Shown piece by piece: positions 28,091-35,614 of a stretch of DNA of 64,000 nt (its first letter is position 1; each line of letters begins with the position of its first letter). This DNA is from Saprospiraceae bacterium. GTDB lineage: Bacteria; Bacteroidota; Bacteroidia; Chitinophagales; Saprospiraceae. The notes beneath the pieces were generated by a model. That model had not been told where the DNA came from, did not search any database, and saw only the letters and a program-made list of their open reading frames with translations. The translations under genes and the position numbers were made by a program. The stretch is taken from positions 501 through 64,500 of the forward strand of contig JANWVR010000119.1 in assembly GCA_025056735.1 (NCBI GenBank). Reading direction: 5' to 3'.

Positions 28091-28098
28091 TATCTTTG
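28091..28098 (+). promoter_or_regulatory. TAnnTTTG -7 box (TATCTTTG) upstream of the K+ channel gene
   Basis: 21 nt upstream of the ATG at 28119. Confidence 0.4.
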
Positions 28099-28118
28099 CT
28101 CAAAAAAGAACCACCGGC

Positions 28119-28955
28119 ATGAGCACGAGTAATAGACCCGCTGCCAACGAACGCCTCCGCCGTCGTTTGCATACCATCATCTTCGAAGCAGACACACCGG
28201 CAGGTAAAGCCTTCGATATTGGCTTAATTATAGCTATCCTTGTTAGCCTTCTGGTGGTGATGCTAGAAAGCATAAAGCCTTTGGAGCTTCGTTTCGGAGC
28301 GTGGTTCCGCGGAGTGGAGTGGGTGCTAACCGGCCTGTTTACAGTGGAATACCTTCTGCGGCTCTACTGCGTGCGCAACCCATGGCGATATGCGCGCAGC
28401 TTCTATGGCGTAGTAGATTTGCTTTCGATTTTGCCCACCTATTTGAGCCTGCTGGTGGAGGGTACCCATCTTCTGTTGGCAGTGCGCGTGCTGCGCTTGT
28501 TGCGCCTCTTTCGAGTGTTCAAACTGGCCTCTTTGTTGCGAGAAGCACACCTGCTAATGCGGGCTCTGCGTGCCAGCCGAGGAAAGATCATGGTTTTTTT
28601 AGTTTTTGTTGTCCTCATGGTAATTGTCATTGGCGCCATTATGTACGTGATCGAGGGCGACACCAATCCGGGGTTCCAGAACATACCTGTTAGTATCTAC
28701 TGGGCCGTGGTAACTCTGACAACAGTAGGCTTTGGTGACATCACGCCGCAGACCTATCTGGGGCGCTTCTTCTCGGCCATTGTGATGATCCTGGGCTATG
28801 CCGTCATTGCCGTACCGACGGGTGTGGTTACGATGGAAATCATGCGCCATCAACCTATCAACACCCAGTCTTGTCCCAGTTGCAGCGCCGAGGGGCATGA
28901 TGACGATGCGCGTTATTGCAAATACTGCGGCAGCGCTTTAGAAGAAGAGGGATAG
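28119..28955 (+). CDS. Voltage-gated-type (6-TM) potassium channel with C-terminal zinc-ribbon
   Basis: S4 with Arg/Lys at every third position (AVRVLRLLRLFRVFKLASLLR), the selectivity filter TLTTVGFGDITP, and a C-terminal CPSC...x14...CKYC. Confidence 0.85.
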   Translation: MSTSNRPAANERLRRRLHTIIFEADTPAGKAFDIGLIIAILVSLLVVMLESIKPLELRFGAWFRGVEWVLTGLFTVEYLLRLYCVRNPWRYARSFYGVVDLLSILPTYLSLLVEGTHLLLAVRVLRLLRLFRVFKLASLLREAHLLMRALRASRGKIMVFLVFVVLMVIVIGAIMYVIEGDTNPGFQNIPVSIYWAVVTLTTVGFGDITPQTYLGRFFSAIVMILGYAVIAVPTGVVTMEIMRHQPINTQSCPSCSAEGHDDDARYCKYCGSALEEEG

Positions 28956-29001
28956 GGGCCGGAAGCGCCACTCTTTCGCTTTGCGATGCACGCGTGCTCC
29001 C

Positions 29002-29009
29002 TACCTTTG
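29002..29009 (+). promoter_or_regulatory. TAnnTTTG -7 box (TACCTTTG) upstream of DUF58 gene
   Basis: 22 nt upstream of the ATG at 29031. Confidence 0.4.
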
Positions 29010-29030
29010 CCGGCCTAACACGGGCCTCGC

Positions 29031-29972
29031 ATGGCAAATTTTCTGGAACAACAGCAAGACATCCGCGCCTTGGGCAGCAACCTCGAGCTGCTGGCACGGC
29101 AAGTAGTAGAGGGCTTTATTGTGGGCATGCACCGCAGCCCATTTCACGGTTTTTCGGTCGAATTTGCCGAACACCGCCTCTACAACACGGGCGAAAGCAC
29201 GCGCAACATTGATTGGAAGGTTTATGCCCGCACCGACAAACTCTTCGTCAAACGCTACGAAGAAGAAACCAACCTGCGCTGCCAGATTGTGGTGGACGCT
29301 TCCTCCACCATGTACTACCCTTGGGATGCGCGCAACCCTGATAAGCACAAGTACGAGAATAAGTTCTGCTTTGCCGCTCAATCGGCCGCCGCGCTTATGT
29401 ATGCCCTGAAACGACAGCGCGATGCCTTCGGCCTGACGCTGTTCGACGACACTATCCGCGTGAACACGGCCTGCAAATCCACCACGCAGCACTATCAGCA
29501 GCTGCTAACTTTCTTAGCCGAGCGCATTGAAAAACCACAACTCAACCGCGCCACCGACGTGGCCGGAACGCTGCACCACATTGCCGACAGCATCCACCGC
29601 CGCTCGTTGGTGATTGTCTTTACCGATGTCGTCGAGCGGCCCGAAGAGGCAGCTAAACTCTTCTCGGCGCTTCAGCACCTGAAACACAACAAGCACGAAG
29701 TCATTTTCTTTCACGTCTCCGATAAGCCGCGCGAACTGGACTTTGAGTTTGAAAATCGGCCTTACCTGTTCATAGATATGGAAACGGGCGAGCAAGTGCG
29801 CCTCCAGCCGTCAGAGGTGAAAGAATTTTACACTAAACAGGTAGGGCGCTTCACCGAGCAGCTGCGCCTGAGATGTCTGCAATACCACATTGACTTTGTG
29901 GAGGCCGACATCAACCGCGGTTTTGTGCCCATTCTGCAGACCTGGATGGCCAAGCGGGCGCGCATGCACTGA
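29031..29972 (+). CDS. DUF58 domain protein (VWA-like, MoxR-associated family)
   Basis: LARQVVEGFIVGMHRSPFHGFSVEFAEHRLYNTGESTRNIDWKVYARTDKLFVKRYEEETNL is the DUF58 signature block. Confidence 0.85.
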   Translation: MANFLEQQQDIRALGSNLELLARQVVEGFIVGMHRSPFHGFSVEFAEHRLYNTGESTRNIDWKVYARTDKLFVKRYEEETNLRCQIVVDASSTMYYPWDARNPDKHKYENKFCFAAQSAAALMYALKRQRDAFGLTLFDDTIRVNTACKSTTQHYQQLLTFLAERIEKPQLNRATDVAGTLHHIADSIHRRSLVIVFTDVVERPEEAAKLFSALQHLKHNKHEVIFFHVSDKPRELDFEFENRPYLFIDMETGEQVRLQPSEVKEFYTKQVGRFTEQLRLRCLQYHIDFVEADINRGFVPILQTWMAKRARMH

Positions 29973-29974
29973 TG

Positions 29975-32900
29975 CTATTCGCGTTTAAGGGCCAAAATCT
30001 TGATTTCCACTCGCTGGTTTAGCCTTCGCCCTTCGGGGGTGGCGTTGGTGGCGATGGGCTGGCGTTTACCATAGCCTTTGAAGGTAACCCGGCGTGGGTC
30101 AATGCCTTTCTGGATGAGATAATCGGCTACGGCTTTGGCACGCGCAGTGGAAAGGCGGTCGCAAAATTCGTCGGGCGGTATGTTGTTGGTATGGCCACCG
30201 ATTTCGATGACGACATTGCCGTTTTCTTCCATGAAATCATAGAGCTCGTCCAGCGTGGGCAGGCATTCAGGTGTGAGATTGAAGCTGTCGGCCTCAAAGC
30301 GCAGTTGCTCCATCCGTATGGTCTGGCCGCTGCGCAGCACGTCGGCGTTGAGTTCAGGCAGGATGCGCTTTTTGATTTCCACGGTTTTGGTCAGTTTGCA
30401 GCCGATGGCATCGGTCAGCGTAACGGTATGCGTGCCGAGTTTAAGTTTGGAGGCGGTAGCGGTGTTTTCGCCGCTGTCCCAGGCGATGGTGATAGGCGGT
30501 ATTCCGCCGCTAATTTTGAGGGTGGCCTTGCCGTCGGTGCTCCGCTCGGTGGTGGCACCCACGACGCGCGTTACTTCAGCCGCTAAGGGGGGAGGGCTGC
30601 TGACGATGACGACAGCGGCCTGTGTAGTTCCCTGGGCGTCCGTTACCGTGATAGTGTAAGAGCCAGCAGCAACGTTTTTGATTTCTAAGCTGTTCCAGCT
30701 GCTTTCGCTCCATTTATATTGGTAAGGCGGTTTCCCGCCGGTGATGGTGGCTTTCAGAGTGGCTTTTTGGTCGGCGCACAGGATTCGGCTCGTTTCTTCG
30801 ATGTTTACTGTAAAAGGCAGGATGTTTTCGGGCACCTCGAGAGTGAAGGTGGCGGCGCAGCCGCGTTCGTCGGTGATAGTGACGGTGTGGAGGCCAGGGC
30901 TGAGATTCTCTACGGTGGCAGTCGTTTCGCCGTTGTCCCAGGCGAAGGAGAGTTTGCCGGTACCGCCGCGGCCTTCGGCACGGGCTTTTCCGTCGTTTTT
31001 GCCGGTGCTGGTGGGCGCCAGGAGCACTGCGAAAGGGATGATGGCGGGGGGCTCCTTGACTTCGATAGAAGCAGAGACAGAGCTTCGGCGGGCGTCGGTT
31101 ACGGTTACAATGTGCAGTCCCGGGCCGGCATTATTGGGTTGTTCGCCGCTGAGGTCTTTGGTGCTCCACTTATACACGTAGGGTTTAACCCCACCGCTAG
31201 CATGGACGCGCAGTGTGGCTTTTTGGCCGTGGCAGTTGATGGGCGCGAGTTCAGAGATATTGACGTTCAGAGGAAGCAGTGTTTCGCTTACACTGACAGC
31301 GGCAGCGGTCGTGCAGCCGTTGGCGTCGGTTACGGTGAAGTTGAAGGTGCCAACGCCCAGTCGGTAGGCGTTTTCGCCTACCTCATCGTTTTGCCAGCGG
31401 ATCTGGTAGGGTGGCGTTCCGCCCGAGATGATGGCCTGCGCGTTGCCGTTGTTTTGGTCGGGGTCGGCCGTGCGCATGACCTTGGCCGTCGCCTTCAGGG
31501 TGTCGGGTTCGAGCACCTGGAAAGCGGTGGAGGTGCGCCCGCCGGCGGCATCGGCTACGACGAGCTGGTAAATGCCAGCGCGTACGTTGGTTGGTGTTTG
31601 CCCTTTCATGTTGGGCTGTGCCCAGATAAACTCAAAGGGTGGTTTGCCGCCGCGCACCTCTACGCGCAAGCTGGTTGTTCCGCCTGCACAGGGAATTTTC
31701 CCCATTTCCTCGATGCGGATGGACATTGGCAAAATATTCTCTGTCATGACGAAGTCCACGACGGTTTCGCAGCCGTTGTTGTCAGCTACGGTTACCTGGT
31801 GTGGCCCCGGGTAGAGCCGCCGGGCTTGCTCGGTGTATTCTTCACTGTCCCAGCGGTATTGATACGGGGGGGTACCGCCTTGCGCTTTTACGGTGGCGCG
31901 GCCGTCGGCGCTGGCTAAGCCGGCGGGGGCATCTAACGTTACCGATGCCTTGACAGGCTCAGGCTGGCGCAGAGTGTAGGTAGCGGTAGCTTGGTTGCCT
32001 GCGGCATCTGTGACGGTTACGGTATACGTGCCGGCTGCCACCTCTTCGGGCTGATAGCCAAGCAATTCAGGGCGGTTCCACTTGAACTGGAAGGGGCTTT
32101 TGCCGCCCTGTACCGTTACCTCGAGGTTTGTTTTGCCACCGAAGCAATCAATAGGCTGAGTTTCTTTGATGGTAGCGGATAGCGTTGGGATTTTTTCATC
32201 AATGATAACCCGTGCGGAAAGGGTACAGCCGTTGGCGTCGGTAACCGTTACGCCATGTTCTCCGGCGCTAAGAGCCGCGGCAGTTTGCGTCGTTTCGCCG
32301 TTGTCCCAAGCATACGAATAAGGCGCTGTGCCGCCGCGGGCGGTCGCCTGAGCTTTTCCATCGGCTTTACCCAGTAGGGCGGGTGCTTGTTGGGTGGCTA
32401 CTATGCTCAGGGCTGCGGGTTGCGCCACAGTGATGCTGGTCACGGTACGACCGCCCAGCGCATCTACGACGGTTAGCGTGTAGGTTCCAGCGTAAACACC
32501 GGAGACCTGCGTGCCGCTGAATTTGGGATTGCTCCACTCGTACTGGTACGGCTCTTTGCCCCCTTCGACTTTGACGCCTAGGATAGCGTTGCCGCCGAAG
32601 CACGGGATGGGCGCATTTTCTTCAATGCGGGCTACCAGGGCCTCTATTTTGCGTCCAATGACGACACTGGCTACAGCCGTGCAGCCGCGCTTGTCGGTAA
32701 CCGTTACGGAGCGCGTCCCTTCCGAAAGGCGTACGGCGGGGTTAGTTGTCTCGCCATTGTCCCATTTGTAGCGGAACTCAGGCGTACCGCCGCGGACTTT
32801 CACCTCCGCGCTGCCGTCCTTGGCACCCAGAGCGCTTTCTATCTTGCGTTGCTCGGCAGTGGCACTCAGGCGTTTATCTTCTACAGTAACTTTGCCCAAC

Positions 32901-34021
32901 TTCGACTTGCCCGTTGCATCCGTGACGGTAACGGTGTAGGCGCCAATACTCACATTCTTAGGAGCGGGCCCTTCCATGCGGGCATCTGACCAGGCATAAC
33001 GATAGGGCGGCGTGCCGCCGCTGACGTTTACTCGAAGGGCGGCGTCGTCGCCAGCGCCCGTGCAGGAGACCTCTTGCTCTACAGAACAGTTGACCAATAG
33101 AGCCGAAGTTTTGCTAATAAGGTAAACGCCCTTGTCGTCGGTGCCTATCCAGATAGCGCCTTCACCGTCGGCGGCGATACACAGACCGTATTCGCTGGTG
33201 AAGTATTCGGCTCCACTGAATACCTCAAAGTCGTCGGTCAGCAGACTATATCGAGTGACGATGCGCGACAGGATCCACAGGTTGCCTTCCTGGTCGAGAT
33301 CGAAGTCTTCAGGCTCGCCCTCTAGTGCTTTGTCCTTAATATTGACGGGCTGCCAGCGCTGGCCGTTTTGGGCCAGCCAGAACTCGCCGTCGGCCAGTAC
33401 ATAGATGTCCGTGCCTAACTGGCGTATGCGCTGCACTTCGTAGCCTTCTAATTCCAGTTTCCAGCGGTCGGGTGTGCCCACGAGCATGCCCTCGTCGGAG
33501 CCGATCCAGTAGCGCCCGGAGCGATCGCGGAAGATGGTGGTGATGGTATTAGTCTTCAGCTTAGTGTTGGAAGAAGTGAATTTAGCTATCAATTTCAAGG
33601 CGGGCTTTGTATTCAATTGAAAAAGGCCGTGCTGTTCGGTGCCCAGCCACAGCCAATCACGGTCGCTGTCGTAATAAGCGGCGGTAACTTTGGGCGATAC
33701 GCCCAACACCATTTGCAGCACTTCGGGCGTCCAGCGCACATCGGCATTGCCGCCGGCGAATTGAAAGGCGCTTTGCTCGCCAGCCGTAAGCGCTACGGAT
33801 ACGCCTAAGTCGCAGGCCGATACGCGATACAGACCGGCGCTACTGGAGACCCACTTCGTGTTTTCGCTATCAACAAAAATGTGATTAACCGAAGAGGAGC
33901 GGCTAACGGCGCCGCAGCGCACCACCTGATAGGCCGATTTTTGAGCAAAGAGCGCTGAGGCGCACAAGAGGGAAAGGAGAGGAAAAAAAGGTAGGTTTGG
34001 GCGAGCGAAGGAAAACGTCAT
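29975..34021 (-). CDS. Large cell-surface protein: signal peptide, beta-propeller-like N-terminal region, about 12 SprB-type repeats, C-terminal OmpA-like peptidoglycan-binding domain
   Basis: N-terminus MTFSFARPNLPFFPLLSLLCASALFAQ; propeller-type motifs (LWLGTEQHGLFQL, YWIGSDEGMLVG, IWIGTDDKGVYLI). Twelve GG(T/K)PP(Y/F)xYxW ... TVTDxxGC units. C-terminus GHTNNIPPDEFCDRLSTARAKAVADYLIQKGIDPRRVTFKGYGKRQPIATNATPEGRRLNQRVEIKIL. Confidence 0.85.
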   Translation of the reverse strand: MTFSFARPNLPFFPLLSLLCASALFAQKSAYQVVRCGAVSRSSSVNHIFVDSENTKWVSSSAGLYRVSACDLGVSVALTAGEQSAFQFAGGNADVRWTPEVLQMVLGVSPKVTAAYYDSDRDWLWLGTEQHGLFQLNTKPALKLIAKFTSSNTKLKTNTITTIFRDRSGRYWIGSDEGMLVGTPDRWKLELEGYEVQRIRQLGTDIYVLADGEFWLAQNGQRWQPVNIKDKALEGEPEDFDLDQEGNLWILSRIVTRYSLLTDDFEVFSGAEYFTSEYGLCIAADGEGAIWIGTDDKGVYLISKTSALLVNCSVEQEVSCTGAGDDAALRVNVSGGTPPYRYAWSDARMEGPAPKNVSIGAYTVTVTDATGKSKLGKVTVEDKRLSATAEQRKIESALGAKDGSAEVKVRGGTPEFRYKWDNGETTNPAVRLSEGTRSVTVTDKRGCTAVASVVIGRKIEALVARIEENAPIPCFGGNAILGVKVEGGKEPYQYEWSNPKFSGTQVSGVYAGTYTLTVVDALGGRTVTSITVAQPAALSIVATQQAPALLGKADGKAQATARGGTAPYSYAWDNGETTQTAAALSAGEHGVTVTDANGCTLSARVIIDEKIPTLSATIKETQPIDCFGGKTNLEVTVQGGKSPFQFKWNRPELLGYQPEEVAAGTYTVTVTDAAGNQATATYTLRQPEPVKASVTLDAPAGLASADGRATVKAQGGTPPYQYRWDSEEYTEQARRLYPGPHQVTVADNNGCETVVDFVMTENILPMSIRIEEMGKIPCAGGTTSLRVEVRGGKPPFEFIWAQPNMKGQTPTNVRAGIYQLVVADAAGGRTSTAFQVLEPDTLKATAKVMRTADPDQNNGNAQAIISGGTPPYQIRWQNDEVGENAYRLGVGTFNFTVTDANGCTTAAAVSVSETLLPLNVNISELAPINCHGQKATLRVHASGGVKPYVYKWSTKDLSGEQPNNAGPGLHIVTVTDARRSSVSASIEVKEPPAIIPFAVLLAPTSTGKNDGKARAEGRGGTGKLSFAWDNGETTATVENLSPGLHTVTITDERGCAATFTLEVPENILPFTVNIEETSRILCADQKATLKATITGGKPPYQYKWSESSWNSLEIKNVAAGSYTITVTDAQGTTQAAVVIVSSPPPLAAEVTRVVGATTERSTDGKATLKISGGIPPITIAWDSGENTATASKLKLGTHTVTLTDAIGCKLTKTVEIKKRILPELNADVLRSGQTIRMEQLRFEADSFNLTPECLPTLDELYDFMEENGNVVIEIGGHTNNIPPDEFCDRLSTARAKAVADYLIQKGIDPRRVTFKGYGKRQPIATNATPEGRRLNQRVEIKILALKRE

Positions 34022-34218
34022 GGCAGTTTCGTATGCGTGTGTTAGCGGCGCGTCTGGCGCGCCTTACAAGGTGATTTCGGCGGCCTTAAATTGGGCGCGC
34101 AAAGTTCGCGCAAGGTTGGCCAAATGGCGGCAGATAAACGGATTTTGCCCGTCGGCATTGTAAGCGCTGGCGGGTGGGCGGTTTTGTTTTAAGCAAGTAC
34201 TGCAGGTAGCACTGCGGC

Positions 34219-35445
34219 TCACAATCGCATTTTCACGCGGCGGCCGGGCAGGCGCTCCCAGGTGGGCGAGGCGGCGTCAATGCCGCCGGGGGCGACGACC
34301 CACAGGACGGGCACGCGCGGTCGGATGCGGGGGGCCTCGGCGTAGCCGTCGGTGAAGAAGATCAGGCCATCGGGGCGTTCGGCGTTGGCCAGTTGGAGCG
34401 CATCGTTGAAATCGGTTCCGCCCCGGCCCGCGACGATTTCGGGCGCTCTTCCGCGGTAGAGGTAGCGCCGCTGCACGCGCGCATCCGTTTCGAGGATTTC
34501 TACCGCTGCGCCGGCGCGCCAGAGGTGATAGACCTCGCCAAAGAAGCGCTGGAGTTCTTGCTGGTCAATGCTGCCGGAGGTGTCAATAGCGGCCATCAGG
34601 CGGCGCTTTCGGCTAATTTGGAGGCCAGGTGTGGAGCCGTAACGTTTACTGGGGCGGCGAATGGTGTTTTTCAGGCGCGTTTGCGAGGCGCTGGCTGCGA
34701 ATAATCGCAACACCTGTTGCCAGGGCAAACGGGCGGGCGGATGGGCAGTTACTTCGCTCAGCACTTCGCGCAAGGCGCCGGGCAGCGTGCCCCAGGAGCG
34801 ATCGCCGGTGCGGCGGCAGGCCGACTGGAGCAGGCCTTTCAGGTGTGTTTCGGCTACGGCGCGCTCCAACTCGCTGCGTCCGCGGATGTCGCGCCAGGCT
34901 TTGTGGCGTTCCAGCCCATGCGCGTCGGATGGCAGGTTTTGCGGCAGAGCGCCTTGCTGGCCGTTGGCGCTTTCGCCGCCGGCAGAACGGCGTAACTCTT
35001 CCAACTTTTTATAGTAATAAAACCACGTCTGGCCAGCCTCTAAATGCAACGCGCCAAAGGTGTCCAGAAACAGGCTGTCTTCGGGCAAGAGTTCGCGCTC
35101 GATGTATTGGTTGACCACTAAATCAAAGGCCACATTGAGCAACGTCGGTTCGAGTGCCGGTTCGTTCACAAAAGGATGGCGGAACACTAAGTGCAGCAGC
35201 TCGTGCTTCAGGACGCCGTAGCGGTGCTGCGGCTGGGTGAGCGTTTCATCCCAAAAAGCGGCGTTGACGTAGAGGGTTAGCGAGTCGCGTCCCATACCTA
35301 CGCCCAACGTCTCTACCGGATGGCCAGGGCCGACGACAGCCTTATTGAGGCTACCGAGCAGGTGCGCGTAGAAAGGCTCGCGCAGCAGCAGATCAACGCC
35401 CGTGCGTGCAACTTCATCTAAGATTCGGAAAGTGGTTTGGGCCAT
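34219..35445 (-). CDS. Putative metallopeptidase domain + VWA-like domain protein (DUF2201 family)
   Basis: HELLHLVFRHPF (HExxH) in the N-terminal half. The C-terminal half has a VWA-like MIDAS start (LMAAIDTSGSID) and GGTDFNDAL...LIFFTDGYA. Confidence 0.8.
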   Translation of the reverse strand: MAQTTFRILDEVARTGVDLLLREPFYAHLLGSLNKAVVGPGHPVETLGVGMGRDSLTLYVNAAFWDETLTQPQHRYGVLKHELLHLVFRHPFVNEPALEPTLLNVAFDLVVNQYIERELLPEDSLFLDTFGALHLEAGQTWFYYYKKLEELRRSAGGESANGQQGALPQNLPSDAHGLERHKAWRDIRGRSELERAVAETHLKGLLQSACRRTGDRSWGTLPGALREVLSEVTAHPPARLPWQQVLRLFAASASQTRLKNTIRRPSKRYGSTPGLQISRKRRLMAAIDTSGSIDQQELQRFFGEVYHLWRAGAAVEILETDARVQRRYLYRGRAPEIVAGRGGTDFNDALQLANAERPDGLIFFTDGYAEAPRIRPRVPVLWVVAPGGIDAASPTWERLPGRRVKMRL

Positions 35446-35614
35446 ACGCGAACGGCGGCGACAGAACGCACCAAAGTTATCCTACAACACCGATAGCGCC
35501 GGTGGGTTTAGCCGGAGAGAAGGCTTCCTCTTTCCGCCTTCTTTGATAGAAAACACGCGAGGAACGGAGCAGCGGCTGCCGCTCCATTCCCCGCGGTTGC
35601 GAGCCCTGCGCCGG

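Noticed and set aside
30600-33100. Regularly spaced DNA repeats that could be mistaken for a CRISPR-like array. The same applies to the GGTTCGGG-type short repeats at 52120-52215.
   Set aside because: Both lie inside long intact ORFs and encode protein repeats: SprB units and a PEPKP linker. The periods (about 450 bp, and 6-12 bp) and the lack of unique spacers of CRISPR size do not fit. No cas genes are present.
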